Positions 32,954 through 43,517 of a stretch of 64,000 nt of DNA are shown in pieces. The DNA comes from Nitrospirota bacterium. GTDB taxonomy: Bacteria; UBA2233. Both the position numbers and the translations under genes were made by a program. The notes beneath the pieces are model-generated. The model did not search any database, was not told where the DNA came from, and was given only the letters and a program-made list of their open reading frames with translations. Where the stretch lies: the NCBI GenBank assembly GCA_011620345.1, contig WOZJ01000015.1, positions 112 to 64,111 of the forward strand, in the 5' to 3' direction. Numbering within the stretch: position 1 is the first letter of the stretch; the number at the start of each line of letters is the position of its first letter.

Positions 32954-34465
32954 CTAGCGTAGAGCCTTCCAGGGGGTGTAGCGCCAAAACGAGGCCTGGG
33001 CGCCAGCGGCTCGGCGTTGTCCAAGCCCTCTTTGGATCTGTTCTTGACGAAACCTTACCGTGGCCGCCGTGGCCAGGATCACGTCCTCGGGAGGTAGCTC
33101 TTTCTCGGACTCCTCTTTGAGCTCAGGCCAGTGGGTATCCAGGAAGCGGGTATCGTAATCGCCCGTTTGAAAGGCTTTGGATTGGATGACGTCCAAAAGA
33201 AACGAGACGTTCGAGCGGATTCCACGGATTTTGAGTTCGCCAAGCGCGCGCACCATTCGTTTTATCGCTAGCGGCCGAGTTTCGTCCCAGACAATGAGCT
33301 TGGCGATGATTGGATCGTAATAGATGGGCACTTTGGCGCCCTCGAACACGCCGGAGTCCAGCCGGACGAACGGGCCTCCGGGTACACGGAACGAGCGGAT
33401 GAGCCCGGGCGAGGGCAGAAAGCCGTTGTCCGGGTCCTCGGCGTAGATACGGCACTCGATCGCGTGGCCCTTGCCCTTGATATTAGGCTGGTCGAGGCTC
33501 AAGCGCTCCCCCCTGGCGATTGCGACCTGCATACGGACAAGGTCAACCCCGAGGATCGCTTCGGTGATGGGGTGCTCGACCTGAAGCCGGGTGTTCATCT
33601 CGAGGAAGTAGAAGTTGCGGTTTTCGTCCACGAGGCACTCGATCGTACCAGCGCCCTCGTAGCCCACGGCCTTGGCCGCGCGCACGGCCATCTCGCCCAT
33701 CCTCTCGCGCATCGTATCATCGAGCACTACGCTCGGGGTTTCTTCGATGACCTTCTGGTGGCGGCGTTGCATCGAGCACTCTCTCTCGAGCAAGTGGAAC
33801 GTGTTGCCGAACGTGTCTGCAATGACTTGGATTTCAATATGTCTCGGCTTGGAAACGAGCTTTTCAAGGTAGACATCGCCATCGCCGAAGGCCTGCAAGG
33901 CCTCCGAGGCGGCAGACCGAAACGCCGAGGCCAGGTCATTCATGCCTTCGGCGATGCGCATGCCTTTTCCGCCCCCGCCTGCCTTAGCCTTGATGAGCAG
34001 AGGGTATCCCGTCTTCTCTGCGAGGCGCTGAACCTCTTCAAGCGTCCGGACGGGCTCGAGCGTCCCGGGAATGACGGGTACCCCGGCCTCCGTCATTAAC
34101 TGCCTGGCCGTCGTTTTATGGCCCATCTTGCGGATTGCCTCTGGCTTTGGGCCGATAAATACGATTCCTTCTTCTTCTAAGCGTTCCGCGAACTCCGGAT
34201 TTTCTGCCAAGAACCCGTAGCCCGGGTGAATGGCCTGCGCTTTTGTTTTTCTGGCCGCCGCCAGTATCTTTTCGACGTCTAGGTAGGTTTCCCTAGAGGT
34301 CGTTCCTTCAAGCCCTACCGCCTCATCGGCCATGCGCACGTGCAGGCTGTGCCTGTCGGGCTCGGAGAAGACGGCTACGGAGGCGACTCCCATCTCTTTG
34401 AGCGTTCGGATGATTCGCGCGGCGACTTCGCCACGGTTGGCGATCAGGACTTTTTTTATGTTCAT
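32954..34465 (-). CDS. Acyl-CoA (propionyl-CoA) carboxylase, biotin carboxylase subunit
   Basis: KVLIANRGE, HPGYGFLAEN, GGGGKGM, LEMNTRLQVEHP and YYDPIIAKL. Confidence 0.95.
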   Translation of the reverse strand: MNIKKVLIANRGEVAARIIRTLKEMGVASVAVFSEPDRHSLHVRMADEAVGLEGTTSRETYLDVEKILAAARKTKAQAIHPGYGFLAENPEFAERLEEEGIVFIGPKPEAIRKMGHKTTARQLMTEAGVPVIPGTLEPVRTLEEVQRLAEKTGYPLLIKAKAGGGGKGMRIAEGMNDLASAFRSAASEALQAFGDGDVYLEKLVSKPRHIEIQVIADTFGNTFHLLERECSMQRRHQKVIEETPSVVLDDTMRERMGEMAVRAAKAVGYEGAGTIECLVDENRNFYFLEMNTRLQVEHPITEAILGVDLVRMQVAIARGERLSLDQPNIKGKGHAIECRIYAEDPDNGFLPSPGLIRSFRVPGGPFVRLDSGVFEGAKVPIYYDPIIAKLIVWDETRPLAIKRMVRALGELKIRGIRSNVSFLLDVIQSKAFQTGDYDTRFLDTHWPELKEESEKELPPEDVILATAATVRFRQEQIQRGLGQRRAAGAQASFWRYTPWKALR

Positions 34466-34478
34466 CGGCCTGTCCGGG

Positions 34479-36044
<1,566 letters not shown>

Positions 36045-36332
36045 ACGCGGGCACCTTTTGATTGATTTAGGGTCGATTTCTTCTTGAACTCATAATAAAC
36101 GTTTTGTAAAGGCGTGTCAAAACGCCATACCATTTGATTGGGTTGCCGGCTTATGGAGCAAAAATACCAACGGCTCGGGCTCAAAGAGCTAGGCCTTTCT
36201 TGGCTGGGATAGAAAACGGAAATTCTTTCGAGATAGGCTTAGGTTGGCCAAAGCGGCGGGCTTCAAGCGTAACTTTTGGAATGGTATGATACGGATGCTG
36301 CATCGTCCTTCAAAAAAAGTGGGGTGCGTTTT

Positions 36333-37115
36333 ATGGGCATACGCAGGTGGTGCGTGGCATTTTTGGCGTCGCTTACCTTTCTTTTGGGCATAGGCCCTGC
36401 AACCGCTCAGGACGTTGGGGTCTATGCGGCCGCAGATCTGCAGCTTGCCATGCGCTCGCTGATCCAAGCGTTCGAACAAGAAAACCCGCAAGCCCACGTC
36501 AAGGTAACTTTCGGTTCGTCTGGCAAGGGCTACGCCCAGCTTGCCTCTGGAGCGCCCCACGATTTGTTTTTCTCGGCCGACATGGATTACGCAGAAAGGC
36601 TCGCACAAAAAGGCCTTACGCTTACCAAACCGAAACCCTACGGCCTAGGAAGGCTCGTCGTTTGGAGCCTGAGCGGCTCACAGGTTGATGTTTCCAAGGG
36701 GCTCGACGTGCTCCTTGCGCCAACAATCAAAAAGATCGCGATCGCCAACCCCGAGCACGCCCCCTACGGAAGGGCGGCCAAGGAAGCGCTGGAGAAAGCC
36801 GGGATGTGGGAGAGGGTTAAAAATAAGCTGGTCATCGCCGAGAACATCTCCCAGGCCGCCCACTACGCGCTAAGCGGGGCGGCAGAGGTGGGCCTTATTG
36901 CCCTGCCGCTCGCCTTGGAGGGTGAGCTTGCCCAAAAGGGGCGCTACGCCTTGGTTCCAGAGGAGCTTCACCGGCCGCTTATCCAAGGGTTCGTCGTCAT
37001 GAAACGGGCCGGAAACAACCCGGCGGCACTTCACTTTGCCGAGTTCATCGGATCGTCAAAGGCAAGGGAAGTTTTTTCTCGCTATGGGTTTGTGCTGCCC
37101 CCACTGGTTCCATGA
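36333..37115 (+). CDS. modA: Molybdate ABC transporter substrate-binding protein
   Basis: Signal peptide, AAADL, FGSSG, DLFFSAD, IAIANPEHAPYG and ENISQA; ATG 36333 chosen. Confidence 0.93.
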   Translation: MGIRRWCVAFLASLTFLLGIGPATAQDVGVYAAADLQLAMRSLIQAFEQENPQAHVKVTFGSSGKGYAQLASGAPHDLFFSADMDYAERLAQKGLTLTKPKPYGLGRLVVWSLSGSQVDVSKGLDVLLAPTIKKIAIANPEHAPYGRAAKEALEKAGMWERVKNKLVIAENISQAAHYALSGAAEVGLIALPLALEGELAQKGRYALVPEELHRPLIQGFVVMKRAGNNPAALHFAEFIGSSKAREVFSRYGFVLPPLVP

Positions 37116-37522
37116 ACCGAGTCCAAGGCCGCATCCTTGGGATCGAAGCGAGCGATGGCGTGTCGCTCGTGGACATCGAAACGGGCGGTGGAGCGATTTC
37201 TGCCGTTATTTTGGAAACGCCGGAAAGCTCGGAGTATATGAGACTTGGCGCCGAGGTGTACGTTTTGTTTAAAGAGACAGAGGTGGCGCTAGGCCTGGAT
37301 GCGGGCAAGATGAGCTACCTGAACGTGTTCGACGGGAAGGTCTCTGGCATGAGGTGTGGGCGGGTTCTTGCAGAAGTTGTCGTTTGGACGGCGGCGGGAG
37401 AAATCGTTTCCATCATTACGAAGCGCTCGTTCGAGAGGCTTGGCTTGAAAGAAGGGGCCAGGGTGAAGGCGGTCATCAAATCGACCGAGGTCGCGCTGCA
37501 GGGCCTTGGGGTACCATCATGA
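37112..37522 (+). CDS. Tandem TOBE-domain (molbindin-like) protein
   Basis: Two OB/TOBE repeats ending FKETEV and IKSTEV; SIIT..S..RLGL..G. Confidence 0.85.
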   Translation: MNRVQGRILGIEASDGVSLVDIETGGGAISAVILETPESSEYMRLGAEVYVLFKETEVALGLDAGKMSYLNVFDGKVSGMRCGRVLAEVVVWTAAGEIVSIITKRSFERLGLKEGARVKAVIKSTEVALQGLGVPS

Positions 37523-38181
37523 ACCTTACCCCGTTTTTTTTGACGTTCAAGCTGGCACTTTGTGCGACCGTCATTTTGACCGCAATAGGAATACCTGCCG
37601 CCCTTTGGCTGGCAAACAGGCGCTCGTTGCTCGCAAGCGGGCTCGAGGCCTCCGTTGCCCTGCCGCTCGTTTTGCCCCCTAGCGTGCTAGGGTTCTACCT
37701 CTTGCTCATGTTCCGCGCCGACGGGCCTTTCGGTGCAGTCTGGGAACGGTTTTTCGGGCATCCGCTCGTGTTTAACTTTGAAGGGCTTGTCCTTGCCTCG
37801 GTCGTGTTCGGGCTTCCTTTTATGGTCCAGCCGCTGGTTGCCGGCGTTCGCTCCATCCCGAAAGAGCTTATCGAGGCGAGCACCACGCTTGGCAAGCCTT
37901 GGTGGACGACGCTCGTCCGTGTCGTGTTGCCCAACATGAAGGCTTCGATCCTGACGGGCTGCGTGCTGGCGTTTGCCCATGCCGTAGGCGAGTTCGGCGT
38001 CGTCCTTATGGTCGGCGGGAACATCGAGGGAGAGACCCGCGTGGTGTCGCTTGCCATCTACGACGCCGTCGAAGCGCTCGATTACCGATCGGCCCATGTC
38101 TACGCCTCGGTGTTGTTCGCATTTTCGTTCTTGACGCTGCTTGCCGTGTACCGGGTCAACAGGAGGTTTTTTTCGGCATGA
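37519..38181 (+). CDS. modB: Molybdate ABC transporter permease
   Basis: LPLVLPPSVLGFYLL, FAHAVGEFG and GGNIEGETR; the track's N-terminal extension was discarded. Confidence 0.94.
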   Translation: MNLTPFFLTFKLALCATVILTAIGIPAALWLANRRSLLASGLEASVALPLVLPPSVLGFYLLLMFRADGPFGAVWERFFGHPLVFNFEGLVLASVVFGLPFMVQPLVAGVRSIPKELIEASTTLGKPWWTTLVRVVLPNMKASILTGCVLAFAHAVGEFGVVLMVGGNIEGETRVVSLAIYDAVEALDYRSAHVYASVLFAFSFLTLLAVYRVNRRFFSA

Positions 38182-39110
38182 TCGAAGCCCACCTCGAAAA
38201 AGACCTGTTCGGGGCTTCCGGCCCATTCCGTCTGAGTGTGAATTTTCGCGTTGATGACGGCCAATGTGTCACGTTCTACGGGCCGTCTGGTGCTGGCAAA
38301 ACGACCATTCTTCGGATGCTCGCAGGCCTGGAGACGCCGCAGGAAGGCTTTATTAGCGTAAACGGCGAATTATGGTTCGATGCAAGAAAGCGAGTCCTCC
38401 TTCCTTCCCGCAAGCGAAGAGTCGGGTTTGTGTTTCAATCTTACGCCCTGTTCCCGAACATGACGGTTGGTGAGAACGTCGCTTATGCGATGCAGAAAAC
38501 GTCAGCAGTAAAACTTGAGGACTTGTTGGATTTGGCAGGCATCCTCGAGCTAAAAGACCGTTACCCGAGCACGCTCTCCGGAGGCCAGCAGCAGCGCGTC
38601 GCGCTTATTCGGGCGATCTCCAGGGAGCCCATGATTCTTTTGCTGGACGAGCCGCTCAGCGCGCTAGATGTCTCAACGCGACTCGAGCTTCAAGACGAAA
38701 TTCTTAGAATCCACAGGCTTCTTGGTGCCGCAACGATTCTCGTAAGCCACGACAAGCAAGAGGTGTTCCGGATGGCGGACATGGTCCTTAGCATCAAAGA
38801 GGGCCGCATTCATGCGGAGGGCAGTCCAAGGGAGGTCTTCTTCAAGCGGCGCTTCTCCCCCAAGTTTGCCGTAACAGGCAGGGTGCTGGCGATCGAAAGG
38901 GCCGATATTGTCTTCCGTGCGTTTGTGTCGACCGGTACGGAAATGTTGCAGGTCATCCTTGGAGAACGCGATGCCAAACGTTTCAAACCGGGCGATGAGG
39001 TGCTCGTCGCCTCGAAGGCGTTCAACCCGATGCTTTTACCGCTCTTTGAACCTTTCGAGACGAAAGAGCTCCGGCAGGTATGCCAGGCTGGGGTTGGGTA
39101 CATAGATTAA
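38178..39110 (+). CDS. modC: Molybdate ABC transporter ATPase
   Basis: GPSGAGKT, LSGGQQQR, LLLDEP and VSHD; ATGA overlap with modB. Confidence 0.9.
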   Translation: MIEAHLEKDLFGASGPFRLSVNFRVDDGQCVTFYGPSGAGKTTILRMLAGLETPQEGFISVNGELWFDARKRVLLPSRKRRVGFVFQSYALFPNMTVGENVAYAMQKTSAVKLEDLLDLAGILELKDRYPSTLSGGQQQRVALIRAISREPMILLLDEPLSALDVSTRLELQDEILRIHRLLGAATILVSHDKQEVFRMADMVLSIKEGRIHAEGSPREVFFKRRFSPKFAVTGRVLAIERADIVFRAFVSTGTEMLQVILGERDAKRFKPGDEVLVASKAFNPMLLPLFEPFETKELRQVCQAGVGYID

Positions 39111-39740
39111 ATGGGCTACTTGAAAAGAATCGCGCTTATACCCGTCAAAAACTTCCGTACTGCCAAAAGCAGGCTTGCTGGCGTGCTTTCGCTTGGAGAG
39201 CGCCAAACGCTCGCTAACTGGATGTTTTGGAGGGTCCTTGGCCAGATTCGGCGCTCCGGGCTGTTCTCGGAAGCCGTGGTCCTCTCTAAGGGTTCCTTGC
39301 TTCAGGACTCCAAAGAGGGCTTTCCCGTGCACGTCGTCGAGCAAGACCCAAAGCTAGGGCTCGAAGAGGCGCTGAATGCCTACTTTTTAGAGAGCCCTTG
39401 GGCGGGGTTCGAGCATTTCCTTTTGCCCGCCGATTTGCCACTTCTCTCCCAAAGAGATTTTTGGGGTTTGATGCTTTGCCTTAAGAAAGAAGGCGCCGAG
39501 GGGCTCTTGGTCCCCTCGATGGACGGCAGGGGGACGAACGGGGTTTATCTAAAGAACCCCTCCGGCCAAAGGTTGGCCTTTGGCACGGACAACAGCCTTT
39601 CTGTTAACCGGGCAAGGCTCGAGCGTTCCGGGGTTCATCCTGGAACTTACTACAGCCTTGGGTTTGCCCTCGATGTGGATACAGAAGAAGACCTCCTGTG
39701 GGCCTTACACAACGGCCTTCCTTTCAGGGGGCTGGTGTAG
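39111..39740 (+). CDS. cofC: 2-phospho-L-lactate/PEP guanylyltransferase (F420 pathway)
   Basis: IPVK...AKSRLA..LS..ER, PADLP, DGRGTN, FG and DVDTEEDL. Confidence 0.9.
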   Translation: MGYLKRIALIPVKNFRTAKSRLAGVLSLGERQTLANWMFWRVLGQIRRSGLFSEAVVLSKGSLLQDSKEGFPVHVVEQDPKLGLEEALNAYFLESPWAGFEHFLLPADLPLLSQRDFWGLMLCLKKEGAEGLLVPSMDGRGTNGVYLKNPSGQRLAFGTDNSLSVNRARLERSGVHPGTYYSLGFALDVDTEEDLLWALHNGLPFRGLV

Positions 39741-39746
39741 GGACGT

Positions 39747-40502
39747 ATGGAAGTCCGTTTTATCGGCATTCCCCATCCATCCGATATCGAGGCTGGCGTT
39801 TCGTTGGTCAAGGAAGCCCTCGAGGCCTCGAGGCAGCAAGGGTATGAACCCAAAAAAGGGGCGATCATTGTCGTCAAGCTCAAGGCAATCTCCAAGGCGT
39901 TGGGCCTTTGGCTGGACACAAGCTCACTCGTGCCCTCGGCGTTTGCCCTTGCCCTTGCTGACCTCACGGGCAAAGACCCGGGGCTTACCGAGGCGATCCT
40001 AATGCACGCAAAGCGCCTCGTTCGCGCCAAGGAAGGGGTTCTCCTAGTGGAGACAAAATCGGGCATTGTTTGCGCCAACGCCATGCTTGACCGCTCAAAC
40101 ACGGGCCGGGGGCCAGAGTGGGTCCTGTGCCCGCCAGAAGACATCGATGCCGAGGCCAAGCGCTTTGGGGTCGCGCTTTCAGGGCTATTGGGCTTCCATA
40201 TTCCAGTGATTGTTTCGGATACGCTTGGCAGGCCCTTTCGGCTCGGCCAAACGGACGTTGCCGTGGGCCTTTGGGGGCTTGATCCTTTCTTTGATATGCG
40301 CGGGCGAAAGGACGACTACGGCTACCTCCTTAAAGACACCTGTATCGCGCTCGCCGATGAGCTCGCCGCAGGCGCGGAGCTGGCCTGCGGAAAGACAAAG
40401 GGAGTGCCTTTTGTTTGGGTAGAAGGGGTAACGTACGAAGAAAACCAGGAGGGTTCGGCAAGGCAGCTTGAACGTCCCTCCCATAAAAATCTTTTCCCAT
40501 GA
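39747..40502 (+). CDS. cofE: Coenzyme F420-0:gamma-glutamyl ligase
   Basis: KAISKA.G, GIVCANA..D.SN, VSDTLGRPFRLGQTDVA.G, D.RG.KD.YG and ADELAAGAEL..GK. Confidence 0.9.
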   Translation: MEVRFIGIPHPSDIEAGVSLVKEALEASRQQGYEPKKGAIIVVKLKAISKALGLWLDTSSLVPSAFALALADLTGKDPGLTEAILMHAKRLVRAKEGVLLVETKSGIVCANAMLDRSNTGRGPEWVLCPPEDIDAEAKRFGVALSGLLGFHIPVIVSDTLGRPFRLGQTDVAVGLWGLDPFFDMRGRKDDYGYLLKDTCIALADELAAGAELACGKTKGVPFVWVEGVTYEENQEGSARQLERPSHKNLFP

Positions 40503-41866
40503 CGGCAGTGAACACTGAAGCGCTCCCTTGGCCGCCCGAGAAACTTTTCAAAGAGCTAGAGCCTACCTTTGATGTTTCTTTGAAGCGGCTACAAAGCGGG
40601 CTTACGCTCGCCCATATCCACGACAACAAGAACGTTCGCGCCTGGGTGCGCGTCCAGTTTGCCCACGGCTCGTGTTCGGAGACGCCCGAGAACAACGGCG
40701 TGACACACCTGCTCGAGCACATGCTGTTTCGGGGCTGCGAACGTTACAAGGAGCCCTCCGACCTCGAAGCCGCATTCGAGGCGATCGGCGGGATGGCGAA
40801 CGCCTTCGTGGACGCGGAGCGTACGTGCTTCCATGCCCACTGCCATCCAAAGTTCCTCTTGGAGGCCCTCGGCATCTTCCAGGCCATGTTCGAAGCTCCG
40901 CTCTTTAAGGGCCTCGAGACCGAAAAACGGGTTATTCTCCAGGAGATTCTCGAGGACAAGAACGAGCAGGGCGAAGAGATTGACCCCGAGAATCTCCTGT
41001 ACGGGTTGATGTTTCCGGGTTCAAGCCTTGCCCTTCCGATTGCAGGAAGCCAGGCCAACATTGAACGGTTTACCAAAAAAGATTTGACTGCCAGGCTTAA
41101 AGAGCTCCTCGTCCCGGAAGGCACGCTCGTGACGGTGAGCGGAGACATAGGCTTCGAGGCGCTCGAGGCGTTCCTAAGCGATGGCTTCCCATTGCCCACT
41201 GCCAGGGCACGAGGCCCGTATGTCCTTGGCGACATGCCCACATCCGAGGGCTCGAAGCTCCTTATCCGCCACAACCCCCAAAGCCAGTTCGAGGTATGCA
41301 TGGGCTTTCAAGCTCCTGGCCCAAAATGTCAGGACGTGCTCAAGCTCCCGATCGTGCAACGCCTGCTCGCGGGTATGGGCAAGTCTATCCTCACAAGGCG
41401 GCTTAGGGAGGAAAAGGGGCTTGTCTACAGCTTGGATGCTTCCTTCAGCCTCCACAAAGGCGTAGGCGTCTTTCTCATCGAGTTTGCTACCTCGAAAGAG
41501 ACGCTCTTGGAAGCTATAGATACGCTGCTTTGCGAGCTGGCCCAATTCAAGGCGCAAGAAGTTCCCTGCGAGCTCTCGGATATGGCCAAGTTAAGCTGCC
41601 TCTATGACCTTTACTTCGAGCAGGACAGCCCGGAGAACGTGCTTGAGCACGTTTCCAGGGCCGTTCTGTTTGGAGTCCCGTGGCAGCCAAATACGTTTTA
41701 TCGTGCACTGCTCGAAACGACCCGTATGGATATCCAATCGCTTGCCAAGCGCCTTTTTTCCAAAAAAAACCTTCATCTCGTCATGGTCGGCCCATCGCTT
41801 ACTGGCTCGGACGACCTCAAAAGGGCTATACTAGAAAAAATTGACCAAGCCTTCCAGAATGAGTAG
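40499..41866 (+). CDS. M16 (pitrilysin) family zinc peptidase
   Basis: Inverted zinc motif GVTHLLEHMLFRG, NAF, EKRVILQEI and LREEKGLVY. Confidence 0.93.
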   Translation: MTAVNTEALPWPPEKLFKELEPTFDVSLKRLQSGLTLAHIHDNKNVRAWVRVQFAHGSCSETPENNGVTHLLEHMLFRGCERYKEPSDLEAAFEAIGGMANAFVDAERTCFHAHCHPKFLLEALGIFQAMFEAPLFKGLETEKRVILQEILEDKNEQGEEIDPENLLYGLMFPGSSLALPIAGSQANIERFTKKDLTARLKELLVPEGTLVTVSGDIGFEALEAFLSDGFPLPTARARGPYVLGDMPTSEGSKLLIRHNPQSQFEVCMGFQAPGPKCQDVLKLPIVQRLLAGMGKSILTRRLREEKGLVYSLDASFSLHKGVGVFLIEFATSKETLLEAIDTLLCELAQFKAQEVPCELSDMAKLSCLYDLYFEQDSPENVLEHVSRAVLFGVPWQPNTFYRALLETTRMDIQSLAKRLFSKKNLHLVMVGPSLTGSDDLKRAILEKIDQAFQNE

Positions 41867-41869
41867 CGT

Positions 41870-42577
41870 ATGATCGCCGTTGGTGTCAGTCTTTTGGCCT
41901 ACGTGGCCTTCGTTGTTTTGCTGCATGCCGTACTGGGCTGGGGGACCGTCGTTAGCCTGCTTGCTTCGCTTCTTCCTGCGCTTGCAGCCTTTGCGCTTAT
42001 CGGCCGCGTCGCTTCAAAGAGGCTCAAAACGCTGATCGATGCCGCCACAAACCAGGTCAAGAAAGGCAGCCTCGACAGGGCCGTGCAAACGCTAAAAGCG
42101 GACCAGGGGCTCAAAAGGCTTCACCCGCTCGTTGCAGGCCAAATCAACGCCTACCTAGGCATGCTGCTCTACATGCGAAGGGACTACGACGAGGCTGCAC
42201 AATACCTCAAGAAGGTACGGGTAGCCCACTGGAGCCCGAAGGTCATGCTGGCGATGGTCTACTTCAGAAGGCGTCAGACGGCCAAGATGGAGCAATCGCT
42301 CAAACGTACGCTTCGGTTCTACCGAAAAGAGCCGTTCATCTACGCCATCTATGCCTGGGCGCTCCAGAAGGCGGGCCAACGCGAGAAGGCCGTCTTGGTG
42401 CTCGAAAGGGGAATAAAGGCGCTTGGGAAGGACGAGCGGCTTTCAAGGGCTCTCGAGAACGTCAAGCAAGGAAAGCCAATCAAGATGTCTCGTTACGGTG
42501 AGCTTTGGTACCAGTTCGGGTTTGAGAGGCCCCCGGCCCAGCCTCATCATTCCTTCCGAAGAAAACCGAACGCCTGA
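41870..42577 (+). CDS. Membrane-anchored TPR-like hypothetical protein
   Basis: Two N-terminal TM helices, helical repeats (YLGMLLY..RDYDEA) and C-terminal YGELWYQF. Confidence 0.65.
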   Translation: MIAVGVSLLAYVAFVVLLHAVLGWGTVVSLLASLLPALAAFALIGRVASKRLKTLIDAATNQVKKGSLDRAVQTLKADQGLKRLHPLVAGQINAYLGMLLYMRRDYDEAAQYLKKVRVAHWSPKVMLAMVYFRRRQTAKMEQSLKRTLRFYRKEPFIYAIYAWALQKAGQREKAVLVLERGIKALGKDERLSRALENVKQGKPIKMSRYGELWYQFGFERPPAQPHHSFRRKPNA

Positions 42578-42587
42578 GGGTTATCCA

Positions 42588-43517
42588 TTGTTTCCAACGC
42601 CCGGCATTTCCCTGGCCAGGCTTTTTCTCTGGGCACGCCTCACGCTCGTCGCGCTCGGGATCGTCGGCTTCCTGGTGCTTGGCGTTCGGCTCGTTCGGAC
42701 CATTTTGGCCCCCATTCCCAGGGTTGATGTTCGGGCCTCTGGGCTCTCCGGCGCAACCCCGCTGCCTTCCTTGCCCAACGCTCCGCTCCTGGGTGCTAGA
42801 AAGCCCGTAGAAGACCTTGCCAAAGTCTTTTTGGTATCCAAGAGCCTGGATGTAGCCCTTGAAACGAGGGGACATTCCCCAGGGCAGGGTTTAAGCACAT
42901 CGTCTGAGCCCGGAGGGATCGGCGAAAAGCTGGGAATCAAGCTGTCGGGGACGGTTTCAGGGCCTCAAGCGCTTTCCTATGCCGTCATCCTGGATGAGTC
43001 TAAGGCCGAAGAAGCGCCTTACAGGGTAGGGGATACAATCAAGGGGGCCAAAGTCGTAGCGATCGAACCGCTCCAGGTCATCTTAGAGCACGAAGGGAGA
43101 AGGCAGGCGCTAAAAATGGAGTTCGATTTCGAGCAGTCGTGGGTTTTCAAAGAAGCGCCCCCGAAAATGCAGGATGAAAGGAAGCAGGAAGGTTCCGGCA
43201 GCGCGCTTACGATTCCACGGCAGGAAATCGAGAAGGAACTGGCCAGCCCGGATCGTGTCGCTCGTGAGGCAACCATGTTGCCAGCGTTCAAATCCGGAAG
43301 GCCGAACGGCTTCATGATCCTTAACGTTTCCAGGGGCTCCGTTTTTTCTAAGCTTGGGCTTTTAGACGGCGATATCCTTCAATCGGTCAACGGCCAGCCC
43401 GTAAATGAGGGCTTTACGCTTGCATCCTTGCTAGCGGACCTCAACCAGAAGGGTGAGGCTATGCTTGCGATTGAGCGGAACCTTTCTCCCCTGCGGTTGA
43501 ACGTGAAGCTCCGCTAG
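42588..43517 (+). CDS. gspC: Type II secretion system protein C (HR plus PDZ domains)
   Basis: One TM helix, KLSGTV...YAVI...Y.VGD.I.GA.V..I and PDZ LGL..GD.L.SVNG; start uncertain (TTG 42588). Confidence 0.8.
   Translation: MFPTPGISLARLFLWARLTLVALGIVGFLVLGVRLVRTILAPIPRVDVRASGLSGATPLPSLPNAPLLGARKPVEDLAKVFLVSKSLDVALETRGHSPGQGLSTSSEPGGIGEKLGIKLSGTVSGPQALSYAVILDESKAEEAPYRVGDTIKGAKVVAIEPLQVILEHEGRRQALKMEFDFEQSWVFKEAPPKMQDERKQEGSGSALTIPRQEIEKELASPDRVAREATMLPAFKSGRPNGFMILNVSRGSVFSKLGLLDGDILQSVNGQPVNEGFTLASLLADLNQKGEAMLAIERNLSPLRLNVKLR

Noticed and set aside
36345-36450. ModA AAADL instead of AAASL as a sign of altered oxyanion specificity
   Set aside because: As far as I recall this variant is common among ordinary ModA proteins, so it is not discriminating.
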